DNA of 64,000 nt, from NCBI GenBank assembly GCA_047967505.1, contig CM106538.1. The stretch is one strand, 5' to 3'. The notes beneath the pieces were generated by a model. That model made no database searches. It was given only the letters and a program-made list of their open reading frames with translations, and was not told the origin of the DNA. The stretch comes from Dipteris shenzhenensis. Its lineage: Eukaryota. Of this stretch, positions 9,526 to 21,117 are shown piece after piece; within the stretch, counting starts at the first letter, position 1, and the number at the start of each line of letters is the position of its first letter. The position numbers were made by a program, and so were the translations under genes.

Positions 9526-11597
9526 GATGGACCCAAGCCTGGGTAGTTTTTGTCAATGTATCCTCTGTCTCATACCTCTTTGTATAAAGACTGATTGAGG
9601 CTAATCATTTAATAGTCTACATTATACTTTTTGTGTGATTTGACTCCTTGTAAAAGGCTATTTTGGCAGCAATTCGAACTGGCGTCCATGATCTTCTCAC
9701 CACCATGTCATCCCAAAAGGAGGTTCTCCATAGCTCTGCGTGCTGGCTCTTCTAGCATTTGCAGTAAACCCTTGAGCATTGGAGGATTGTGCTGTCTTAC
9801 ATGCATGGAAGGGCATCCTCCTCATCCTTATCGTTATCCTGCATGGCTTGCTTGCTATTATCTTACTGGAGTTGTTTGATTCCTCCTTGTTCATCTTGCA
9901 ATATGGTTGTAAAGTTTTAATATCCTTTTGTTTATTGTGCCTGCTTCCACTTGATTATGACGGCCTCTGCTAACATGCGACGACTCAACCGTTTCCCAAA
10001 TGCTTAAACCTTAGATCCATGGCCATGATTAGCTGATCTTTCTCCTGTCCTGCTGGAGCGGGCATTACATCACTGTATTCTTGTTATGGTGTCTATGGGG
10101 GATTTTGTGACTAGCACCCTCTGTTCTTATGAGCAGGCTGTGACATTTCCTCCTGTGATTGGCTTGATATGATGTGTCTCATAGGTCTATGTTCTCACGG
10201 ATGAGGTTTGCTGCAGAGAAGACTCCCAGTAAGCAGCAGGGCAGCTTCCACAAAAGAGCGATGCGGGATTTGTTCACAATCTGGAATGAAATGGCAGGCA
10301 GTAGCAAAAAAACTCTGTAACATTAGGAATAAATATTGGAACGATCCCCTTTCCTCTTTCCAATATTGCAGTACTGTGTTGTAGGGACATTGTATTGTCT
10401 GTTCATTTGGATGCTGTATGGAAAGACTCTGACGTTATCAACGCGACTCCTTATCTGTCCTGGGCAGTTATAGTAGACAATGGAGAGGAGCTAACAAGAA
10501 GCTTGTATGGTGCTGCATAGGCAAATAGAGCAGCTCGTGCAGTTCTTCTCGTCCATGACCAAAGCGGGGCTGTACAACATGTGGTGTAGCTCAGAACTAG
10601 TTGCATTCATTAGGTTGTGAGGGAGCAAGTGGCAAGCAGTGATAACTGGGGGAGTGAAAGGAGAGGACAAGACCAGCAATGTATTCCTCAATAACCAGGT
10701 ACATCTAGCTGAATTTAACTTCCCTATTATTACATCGTGCCCATAACATGATCATTGAAATCTTGAGAAATAGATTTCCTCATGCAATTAAAAGTTAGAA
10801 GTAAATTGTGCTTGTGCACCAATGTTGGTGGACCCGAACCCAATAACTATGTGTCACAATGCTTTAACACAGAATCACACTCTTTCAATTTGTGTGCACG
10901 TCTCCTGCACCTTGCTGCTCCTACCGTGTAGCTCCCCTATCAACATTACTCTCTTCTTTGGCCTTTCTAACCATCCTTTTGACATATACATCTCATATTC
11001 TTGAAAACTGTTTTTTACAAAATGTTTTGTCCCACACAAACACAACAAACGAAAATTTCAAATTAAAACGTTAGGACAACTGAAATGACTGCTCTGAAGG
11101 GTTGTCTTAACTAATTTGGTACAATGTAAGGTGACTGGCTTGTAAGAAGTTGAGATAACATTTACTTAAAAGCAATGATGTCTTATGGACGGGAAGAGTG
11201 GGGCATGTGCTATATGTTGCTTTGAGTGGTATCCGTAATATGTCTATACCTGCTAATTCATTTTCTTTTTCAATTCACTTTTGGTTTAAAATCCAGATTG
11301 GTAACAAACTATCAATTGGGCATTGATAAATCATTACCATCCCTTAGATGTGGAGCTATGATTAGTGTTAGTGCCCAGACATAGTTGTTGTACCCACTCA
11401 TTATTTCACACCTTGATGCTACTTTTTTGCAATGTTTGAAGTTGGGAACCCTTTTAAAATACAGTATTTCTGATAAATCGAATTTCCAGTATGTGCTCCA
11501 CGGACTTATTTGGATATGGATGGAGGGATTTGAACCCTAAAAAAGCTCAAAACCGTTTCCAAAAAGGTTTATGATTTTTCTCTTTTCTTTTTAGCAG

Positions 11598-11679
11598 CCG
11601 CATTGTTCCTGAATATAGTTTCTTAGATGCTCGTGGACTTGGAGCTTATGAAGGAAGAAGCCTAACACTTCTAGATAAG
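11598..11679 (+). CDS. Phosphoglycerate mutase-like (histidine phosphatase superfamily) protein, internal exon
   Basis: Pyrimidine tract + TAGCAG acceptor, GT donor; encodes RIVPEYSFLDARGLGAYEGRSLTLLDK, which I recognise as the At5g62840-type plant family. Confidence 0.92.
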
Positions 11680-12052
11680 GTGTGTTATCTCTTTCGGTTT
11701 ATCTTCCTTGCTTTGATCTGGTCTCCTTGTTTACTCCTCTATTAAGGCACTTGATATCATGTTGGCTACCTTGTCAAGAAGGGTGTGTATGTGTGTCAGA
11801 AAACCCCAAGGTAGCAAGTTGAGAGCGATATTTTATTTGGTTTCTGGAAGAAGTATGGAGATTGAATGCAGGGTATAAATTGCCATGGCTAGGAAAGTTG
11901 ATTCTTGGAGTTATCTTTTGTTTTCAATCTTTTTCTTTGCTGGCCTTTTTCATTAAAATGTAAATTTGTCATACCATTTCATTAAGGACACGATTTCCAT
12001 TGGACAGTTGCAGAGTGAATAAGCCTGAAAATTAGGCTTGTTCTTTGAGCAG

Positions 12053-12267
12053 GTCTATGAGACAGATTCTGAGTCTCCAAACTTGCGGCCTCCTCCTTTC
12101 ACAGATGGTACTCCAAATGAGAGCGTGGCAGATGTCTTTGTGCGAGTAACACAGCTTATGTCTGTTCTGGAGACGCAATACTTCGGTGAAAATATCATTA
12201 TTGTTGCACCTGATTCTGACAATTTGTCAATTCTCCAGGCGGCATTGACTGGGCTTGATCTGCGTAG
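12053..12267 (+). CDS. Phosphoglycerate mutase-like protein, penultimate coding exon
   Basis: CAG acceptor, GTAAG donor; VYETDSESPNLRPPPFTDGTPNESVADVFVRVTQLMSVLETQY...APDSDNLSILQAALTGLDLR; phases match both neighbouring exons. Confidence 0.95.
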
Positions 12268-12350
12268 GTAAGACACTGGCATTTGGTTCTAGTCCAGCTG
12301 TTTCCAGGAGCTTTCATGTTCACTTTCTAATAGTTCTGCATGCAAACCAG

Positions 12351-12474
12351 GCACAGTGTGCTTTCTTTCATCCCAGGTGAAGTGAGATATGTTGATATTG
12401 AAAGCGTACCCGCTGTTCAACGCACTCCTATGTCAGGACTCATCAAATGTGAAAATCCTCCACAGTGTGGCTAG
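12351..12474 (+). CDS. Phosphoglycerate mutase-like protein, last coding exon
   Basis: CAG acceptor; (R)HSVLSFIPGEVRYVDIESVPAVQRTPMSGLIKCENPPQCG then TAG at 12472-12474. Confidence 0.92.
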
Positions 12475-12501
12475 GCGCAACAGAAAAACGTCTGTCTTAA
12501 G

Positions 12502-12646
12502 GTAAGAATTACTTGTTTTTTATTGGTCTTTTTTAAAGAGTATTGCTTTTACCCCCTCTTCAAGGTAATTGGGAAATCCATATGATTGCTGTGTTGTTTT
12601 CTTAAATGTGTTCTAGTCTACATAAGGATGTCATGCCCTTTTGCAG
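12502..12646 (+). other. Probable 3' UTR intron of the PGM-like gene
   Basis: AAG|GTAAGA donor 27 nt after the stop, T-rich body, TTTTGCAG|G acceptor. Confidence 0.6.
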
Positions 12647-13275
12647 GGCATTTTGTTTTAAGCCACTGCTGAAAAGGAAACAGAGGAATTGTGTGAAGAT
12701 GTTATACGTGTGGATACTGGCTTGAAGGTGGGGGACAGATCATAAAATCATGCCTCGGCGTATTTGAGAGGGTTTCCCGTGTTTTTTATTGGAAAATGTG
12801 GTATTCAAAGGGTACCCAAGTAGTTGGATGTTTCTCCGTCCACTTCCTAACAGCAAGAACTCCAAGGTAGCTGGCTGATGATATCCCCATGACATGCCTG
12901 TAGGGAGCCTTCCTATGAGGAATATCTTTTGTGTATCGTGATCGGTGGTGGGGTTTTTCCTTGACAAAAGTATGTTGGTGTCTCTTTTATTTATCCCTAG
13001 CTAGGTTTTTCAGAGGATTCCATGCAGGCCTTGAGCAGAATTGTTCGACTTTGAAAGATGGGAGAAACGGAAAGAGTACCGAGTCTTTGAGCAATCTTAC
13101 TTTGGGAGAGTGATGCTTTAAGACAGTCGTGGTAAAATTTAGGTTCCAACAAGGTCGTTGTTTGATTGATAACCTGTCTTGGAAACGCACAGGTGTAGCA
13201 GTTCCTCTTACAATTTAGTCCATCTGATTTTAGGTAGAGTCTTAAATCTAAGCTGGAGGAAGTCAAATGCCAGAA

Positions 13276-13353
13276 ATAATGGAGAACCACTAGTGACACA
13301 CCTTTAGAGACCATAATGGAGAACCATTAGTGACACATATTTAGAGACCATAA
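13276..13353. repeat. 37-bp tandem duplication
   Basis: ATAATGGAGAACCAYTAGTGACACAYMTTTAGAGACC twice. Confidence 0.9.
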
Positions 13354-14771
13354 AGAAAGAATTAGAGCCCATTTGGAGTTGTGTCTCTTTATCCGTGAGT
13401 GTCATTCAATCCACAAGTGCTTGTTGTCTGTGCCATGTTCAAAACCTAAGGTTCTAAGGTTCCAATCTCAAAGGAACATAAAAGCCTTGGATAGTTATGT
13501 CTGTATTGAGAAGGAAAATTCTCTTCCGATGTTGGATAGGTGGGGAAATTTAACTGCCTGTTTGCAAGGAATTTTGCATTCTAGTACCACAGTTTCTATT
13601 TTCCTTGAGCATAGATTCGTCTATTGGCTCCTCTGTTTATGCTTGCCTTCCTCATGGTAAGAATGCTCCATTCTTGGGCCATCTAGATTCCATGTTTTCA
13701 GTCAATAACAGGGCTTTTCTGGTTATGAGAAAAGAAAGATCCATAACAGATCCAATAATTTTGGTATTATAAGATTACAGCAAAGGCTGCTACAAGTAAA
13801 TGCATAACTGGAGACATTGTTTCATTATGATGGAGGGCATGTCTTGGTCTCTTTATATTCTACATACTAGAGCGATCTAACCGAGCCTTTAGGCCTTTGT
13901 TTTTTCCCATTTTGGAATTGGCTGTATTGCATTATCATTAATAGACCATCCTTTACTGATAAATTGAGGAGAGGTTTTCTTGGAGATGTGTTCTCCCATC
14001 ACTTTCAGTCCGAGCCATTGTTGAGTTGGTTGCATTGCATATATCATCAATAGACCGTCCCTTAGTGAGAACGGATCTTAGGTTTTCTTGGACACTTTTT
14101 AATCCCATGAATCAAATGCTTCCTTCCCGTCATTCAAATAATTTCCTAAAGATCAAGAATCCTGCCATAACTGCATCCATCAATCTTATTCGGGTCTCCA
14201 AGAAGAGAGATTTTTAAAACCTACTTGAGTTTCTATGAGTTTTTATAGGTAGTTGCCATCACATTTGAAAAAATAGATCACCTTTTCTGAGAGGAATCCT
14301 GATTTACACATGTGAAAACTAACCTCTGCAGGGCCTTAGCTCTGTGTGGTTCAAGATGAGTTGGAGTCCAAATCTAAATTAGGATCATTTGACATATGGT
14401 CTTTATGAGCCAAATGATATAGCAGAACGAACAATAAGGTAAACACTGACATTCTACACAACAATGATAGAAACACAATTTTGACATTGCCAACCCTATA
14501 GAAAATATCTGCAACCTTTTTTTTTTTGGGGGGGGGGGGTCCTGTAGAAGTTCGCAACATGCAATGTCCTACAACAATGACAAGAGGACTGCTCGACTAA
14601 TCCTCGCTCGAGGATCCCTTACTATGTTTTGCTTTGAAGTTTTGGCAGCTAACTACAGAACACACACGCTAGAGATATTGCAGAAGCTCGGTTGGCAAAG
14701 AGCTTGACACAGGTGGCGACACAAGTGAGTTTCTTCTGCATTTCTAATAACATGAGAAGTTTGAGTCTTGC

Positions 14772-15105
14772 CTTGCCTAAAGAGTTCACAAATCTAAGGG
14801 CTTTGCCCTTGGGTTTCTCGTGCCCATGGATTAAAGCATCTGAGAATGAAGCCATCTCCTAGATCTTCCTCGTTAAAAGTCAAAAGTTACTCAATGCCTA
14901 AAATGTTCACAAACCTAAGGGCTTCGCCCTTGTGTTTCTCGTGTCCATGGACCAAGGCGTTTGAGAATGAAGCTATCTCCTAGATCTTCCTCGTCAAAAG
15001 ACAAAAGTAATGCCTAAATCTAAGGGCGATTCGCCCTTGGGTTTCTTGTGCCCATGGATTAAGGCATCTGAGATCTTCCTTGTCAAACCCAAGATTTACT
15101 CAATG
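14772..15105. repeat. ~120-bp imperfect tandem repeat, about 2.7 copies
   Basis: Recurring CTAAGGGC..GCCCTTGGGTTTCTCGTGCCCATGGATTAAGGCATCTGAGA...AGATCTTCCTCGTCAAA. Confidence 0.85.
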
Positions 15106-15974
15106 TATTTTAAAAAATCTTGGGTTATACGTGTAGGTGGTCGACAATGGTTTGCTCTACTTGATGGTGATGATGGGCAAGAGGTGCATACAGGCGCTGC
15201 TATTGCGCCTGCTTGTACTAGTGGTGAAATTAGGCTCTATTTTGGGTCATTTTAGGCCATTTTGAGGGGCCCTTTGGTTGCTTCCACTAAGCCGCTTCAT
15301 CAACTTTTATCTCGAACCTCTCCAGTTGTGTTTTGGGTTTTAGCGCACACCATACTAGGTGCCTCTCTTCAGCAAATTTTGCAATTTATTTCATTTGAGA
15401 TCTGCATCTCTTCCATTGCACTGCAATCATACTTGTGGGGCGTTTGTTAGTTTAGGGACTTCTCCTAGAGATACCTAGTCACACATTGGCAATTCTTGGC
15501 ATTGCATCATACTATGTCTCTGAAACATGCTTCTTGATCTTCAAATGCGTTCTTAGCAGGCAATGATGCACATGCGAAGGCCATTCAGCGTGAGCAAGTG
15601 CTTGCGAATGGTGTGATCACCCGCAAATTACAATTGGCATGGGAATGCCTTTCTGTCTTGTATCACCTCCTTCAACAAGTGCACAGGCACAATTTTTTAG
15701 AGGCACTGTCTTTGTTGCTTTAGGGCACTCTTTTGCAGATGGGACAAGAGCTTGGTCAGCAAGCAAATTGATCAGCATATAAATCAAGTTGCTGTCACTA
15801 TTTTTTACGATAAAGGCTAGCAACCTATGCCCTAGCATGTGGATCACCATGTGGGAGGAATTTTTAAGGGCTTCATAGTCACCACTTTTGCTTTCCCACT
15901 CATCCGGGAGCGATACTTGACTGTTATGTATGAATGGCATCGTCCACCCTCTTTGTGCATGACATATTGGAGAT

Positions 15975-17944
15975 TGTAGGGAATTTGTGCTCATCCTCAT
16001 GAGGATTACTTGTGGTACTAAGGTTTGGAGGGGGTGATCTGATTCACACCTCCATTGGACATACTCGTTGGAGCACCTTTGTGATTGGATCATACAGGCA
16101 TGCAAGATGATTGACTGCCTTTGAATGCAATGATACATGGCAACTTCATGTTCCATGATGGACGTGGTCGAGACCTTTGGAGACTCTTGGTGTTTCCTGG
16201 CTTCTATATTTGCAGATCGTCAGAGCTCTTTGTAGCTCTCTTCAACTGACCTGCGCAGGCTTGGTGTGTGTGTGAGTAGTTATAGATGGGAGTCGCCTCT
16301 CGTGAGGTGAGTGTGTCGCCTCTTTTTGCAAGAGCAAAAAGCCTGGTCGGGATGAGCTCATGTGCTTGATCAATTGAGTGCTTTTGTTCTGGTTAAAGCA
16401 TCACCTTCTCTCGGTTCTGAATTATTACGTGAATTTTGTTATTTCACGTCACTATTTTATGTAATTAACTTGCATCTCTGATTTACCACCAAGTGGTATT
16501 AGAACTGTGAGTCTGTGGTGTGCATGTCGAAGAATTCACGTTACAAAGCATTCACAATTCCCAGAAAGCTGAGAAGGAGAAGATTAAAGAAACAGTGGTC
16601 GTCGCTTGAAGTGCTTGCAGAAGCCTACTTCCGTGCTCGACTAAATCCTTCGAGTTTCTAATGCATATGTCACAAAAGGAAAAGCTTGGCGGAGTTATAA
16701 TTACTTTTAATGGCAAAAATTTCCTCTCGTGGCAACTTGCTACTCGGTTGCTGTTCATGCAAAAAGGACTCTGGGGCGTGGTCGTTGGTACAGAGAAGAA
16801 GCCGAAAGAACGTTCCCATGATGCTGATAAGATTCCTGTGTGGGAGGAAAAGGATGAGAAATCAATTGGTTACTTGGGTCGAGCTTTAGGACCTGAGTAT
16901 TTTCACCATCTTGATGTGAAAGCTTCGGCAGCAGAGAACTGGCACACATTAGAGACCTTGCTTGGAGTCCGCATGAAGCATTCTAAAGCTAATCTCAAGC
17001 AGGAGCTATTTGATCTTCGGATGGAAGAAACTGAGTCCCTTGGAGTTTTCCTTAATTGGATGCAGGCACTCCTCAGACAACTACAAGAGCTTGGAGCACG
17101 TGTAGATGATGAGGATAAAAAGGGCATTGTTCTAAAGAGCCTACCTTCTGAAATTTATAGAACAAAATATAGATATCCGTTGAGTGCAGCGCTAGTACAG
17201 ATTGAAGATGCTGATTATGCCTTCTGAATTTATTTGGTTCTTTTTGGACGCACTGTGTTTGGTCTTTTGTAGACAAGTGCTCTGTGTTGGCCTTTTGTAG
17301 GCATTTCATGGTCTTTTGTAGACGTTCATTACTGTTGGCCTTTTGTAGGCATTTGTCTTTGGGTAAAGCACCTTGTAGCGTGCCTTTTTTGGCTCTGGTC
17401 TTTTGTAGACAGGTTATTGCAGCTCAAGTCTCCCCCCATTTCGGCTGAGGGGGGATTGTAGGGAATTTGTACTCATCCTTAACAGGATTACTTGTGGTAC
17501 TAAGGTTTGGAGGGGGTGATAGATTCACACCTCCATTGGACGTACTAGCTGAAGGAGCTTTGTGATTGGACCATGCAGGCATGCAAGATGATTGGCTGCC
17601 TTTGCATGCAATGATACGTGGCAACTTCATGTTCCATGATGGACGTGGTCGTGACCTTTGGAGACTCTCCATGTTTCCTGGCTTCTATATTTGCAGATCA
17701 TCAGAGCTCTTTGTAGCTCTTTTCAACCGACCTGTGCGATGAGAGTCGCCTCTCGTAAGGTGAGTGTGTTGCCTCTTTTTGCAAGAGCAAAAAGTCCGGT
17801 CGGGATGAGCTCATGTGCTTGATCAATTGAGTGCTTTTGTTCTGGTTGAAGCATCACCTTCTCTCGGTTCTGAATTATTACGTGAATTTTGTTATTCCAT
17901 GTCATCATTTTATGTAGTTAGCTTGCATCTCTGATTTACCACCA
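15975..17944 (+). mobile_element. Non-autonomous gag-only LTR element A (TR-GAG-like, Copia-type gag)
   Basis: LTRs 15975-16491 and 17457-17944 (TG...CA), PBS TGGTATTAGAAC 16494-16505, PPT GAGGGGGG before the 3' LTR, one gag ORF, no pol. Confidence 0.93.
16661..17227 (+). CDS. Copia-type Gag (UBN2-like), 188 aa, no zinc knuckle
   Basis: FNGKNFLSWQ...KGLWGVVVG...LKQELFDLRMEE...IVLKSLPS; uninterrupted; ends EDADYAF*. Confidence 0.9.
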   Translation: MHMSQKEKLGGVIITFNGKNFLSWQLATRLLFMQKGLWGVVVGTEKKPKERSHDADKIPVWEEKDEKSIGYLGRALGPEYFHHLDVKASAAENWHTLETLLGVRMKHSKANLKQELFDLRMEETESLGVFLNWMQALLRQLQELGARVDDEDKKGIVLKSLPSEIYRTKYRYPLSAALVQIEDADYAF

Positions 17945-18498
17945 AGGGAAAAGTTGCTGCAATTTATTCAGGTGCTACACCCTTCCCTGGCATCTCATGT
18001 GTGGGCTTATGAACTTGAGGGAGCTGCCAAGCTTGCTGGGGTATACAAGCTATACTTAGTAAATACAAGCAAGCTGGGGGCAGCGTTTATGGGATTGCAT
18101 TGGAGGCTGAGAAGGAGCGTTGAATGCTTGAGTGGCATGACAAGAAGGCAGCCCCATTTCCCTGGTATCCGACAATATCTGGTGGAAGAATGGCTTGTGT
18201 GAGGCTATATACAGACAATCAGATGCAAGATGTGGAACAAAGCTTAATGCTGTACCAGAAAGATGAGACATTAAGAGGCATACTAGGGACAGTAGAAAGA
18301 GGGCTAATATATGCTTCAAGTGTGGTGAGACGTGGACTCTTGAGCACAAGGAAGTATGAAAAATGAGAAATGCTGATTGTGGAGTTGGCAGATGATGAAG
18401 AGGAGCTTGTGGAATCTGGATGCTCCTGAGATTCTTGATGTAATTCACGAGGAATCAGATTGTGCCAATGATGAGGTGGCTGGAGCTGGAGATGGTTC

Positions 18499-21117
18499 TG
18501 ATGGGATATCTCAAGGTATATGCCCCAGGCACACCTTGGTTTCTATGTGTGCGTGCTAGAGGCATAGTTAGGTGCCCATAAGCACTGTTAGGTGGTGGTT
18601 GATGCCACATAGGATGATTGAGAGAATCTAGGAGCTGATTGAGGAGATGATTGTGGAGCTTGGTGGCTCATGTAAGAGGTGCCTACATATGGACCTCACC
18701 TTTCTTCATTCCATAAGCAAGCAAGCAAGCATTCTCATTTCGTGTTCAACTTCATGCTTTCCTTTCAGTTCTTCAACATGGTATCAGAGCACTATGATCC
18801 TCCTTGAGCCCATTTATGCCATGTCATCATCTTCTTCTTCTTCATCTTCACCATTTCTTCCCAAACTTGTGAGAGCTTGTTCTCCCTCGTCTTTCTGCCA
18901 TTCTCCAAATCCTCTGAGCTATAGACTCCTCGTGTATGGGCGAACTTTCACGTCAGAGGAATTAGAGAATGCTGCCCACGAAACCGCGCAACAGTCATCT
19001 TCCTCCTGACGCCTTTTCTTGCAATGCGACTTGCTGGAGCAGCCATTCCAAAATGCCTCTGAGCCAAGCTTGCACAACAGTATGAGCTTGCTCCTGTCCA
19101 GATTTGAAGGGAAATGGTCCACCAGGGAGGGAGAAACAGCAAAAAAACCAGTCGACTTTCAAGCTGCTGGCTATGGCGACGTGACGCGGCATTTCGCCTC
19201 TCCTCCTCAGTGGCTCTTCTCTGGTATATCAGCTTTGTTTCTACCTAGAAAGCCCTCTTTTCTTTGCTTTGAAGAGTGAGATACAAGCCCTCCAAGTTTA
19301 GGCCTCTGTTTTGGAAAGTTTTGACAATGTTGTGAGTTTGATGCTACATTAGATGCTACTTTAGCATTTCTGATGTTTTAAAGTGTTGAATAGCATCAGT
19401 ACAACTGTGGCTACAACTTTCCTTTAAGTTGCTATACCTGGATTTGCTTGGAATACTTTCATTTAGCCACCTCTATGAAGCATGCAAGTGGAAGCATCAT
19501 TTCCATTATGATTTGTAGTATGGAATTTTGTTGCAAGTCTTTGCTACTCTAAATGCTTGTACTTTGAAGCTCTTTAACTCTTTCTAGCCTTGTAAGAGAG
19601 TAGATACTGCCCATTTTGGGTTAGACCCTCTCATGGCTACCTTCTTGAATATGGATAAGTTCAATGGTAAAGGCTTTCACACATGGCAGATGAAGGTTAA
19701 GTTTGCATTGATGAGGGAAAACCTCTGGGGGCTTGTCAAACGTGCTTCAACTTCTTCTTCAACAACCTCTAATGCTGAAGAATCCTCAGCTCCAACACGC
19801 CCGGCACGAGATCCTGCTAGAGAGGAGAAAGCCTATGGCATCATTGCTCTTGGCTTAGGAGATGACTATATTCATCACATTTCTGATTTGGAGTCTTCTC
19901 TGAAGCTTGGCAGAAGCTTGATATTATTTTTTGTGCTAGCTCTCACATCTTAAATTGTCACTTAAGATTGCTTTCTTTGAATTGAAGATGGCTAGTAGCA
20001 CTCCTTTGGCTGCCCATGTCAATCACATGCGGAGTCTCATGACTCAACTTGCTTCTATCAACTCTTCAATCACTACATATGATGCAATGGCAGTGTTGCT
20101 CAAAAGTATGCCTGAAGATTATGATCATATTGTTACCACTTTGAAAAATCTTCCTAATCCTACTCTTGAAGGTCTTATTACTACTCTTCAAGAAGAAGAA
20201 AGGCACATGGAACTTCGGAGAGGCAATGACACAGCCTATGCCATAAAAACTCAAAAGGGCAAGTTTTCACCTTGCAAACATTGTGGGAAGACTAATCACC
20301 TCTCAAAAGATTGCTTCAAGATCAATCCTTGCAAACATTGTGGCAAAAACAATCACCATGAAAAGTATTGTAAGGCAAAAAAGGAAGCAACTACAAAGCC
20401 AGAGACTGCTAATCTACTTTCAGTTGATGTGCCTCCACAAGATGAGGCATCCTATGAAGATTATGCTTTTTGAACCATCTCCATATATGCTTCAGATCTC
20501 TCTTTTTATGTTGAGTCAAGGTACTCAGCTTGGATAGTCCTCCAAAATGAATGAAATAAACTATTGTGTGATTTGTAAACATCTCTGGTCACCATATGAT
20601 GTAGGCCATGTGTATGTGTTTTGCTCCATGGTACCTCCTGCAGACATTGTGTACATGCAGGGGAGATAACCATTGGAAGGTCTTATGTGTCCCTTTTGTT
20701 TACTTCACACCCTTGGGAACCCCTTGCTAGCATGAGAACCTAGCCATAGATTTATCCTTGACCACCATGAGATGGCATGAGAAACTATGAGACTAGATGT
20801 ATCCTTGACATAGCCTGAGGCATTCGCTTGAGGGGGGGTATGATGGGATATCGCAAGGTGTATGCCCAAGGCACACCTTGGTTTCTATGTGTGTGTGCTA
20901 GAGGCACAGTTAGGTGCCCATAAGCACTGTTAGGTGGTGGTTGATGCCACATAGGATGATTGAGAGAATCTAGGAGATGATTGAGGAGATGATTGTGGAG
21001 CTTGGTGGCTCATGTAAGAGGTGCCTACATATGGACCTCACCTTTCTTCATTCCATAAACAAGCAAGCAAGCATCAATTCGTGTTCAGCTTCATGCTTTC
21101 CTTTCAGTTCTTCAACA
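18499..21117 (+). mobile_element. Non-autonomous gag-only LTR element B (TR-GAG-like)
   Basis: LTRs 18499-18778 and 20841-21117 (about 9 substitutions + 1 indel by eye), PBS TGGTATCAGAGC (tRNA-iMet) 18779-18790, PPT GAGGGGGGG, perfect TSD GGTTC (18494-18498, 21118-21122). Confidence 0.96.
19633..20473 (+). pseudogene. Copia-type Gag with two CCHC knuckles, one frameshift near 19900-19955
   Basis: KFNGKGFHTWQMKVK...NLWGLV; VLLKSMPEDYDHIV; CKHCGKTNHLSKDC and CKHCGKNNHHEKYC; ends SYEDYAF*. Confidence 0.9.

Noticed and set aside
9530-11590. Possible upstream exons of the PGM-like gene
   Set aside because: No frame resembling the expected N-terminal motifs was found.
12750-14250. Possible LINE remnant on - (IQLLGYPL)
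   Set aside because: One weak motif only; cannot support a call.
17261-17410. Palindromic repeats with variable spacers as a CRISPR
   Set aside because: 14-nt repeats and 7-46-nt spacers are out of range and lie inside an LTR element; kept as an RNA hairpin finding.
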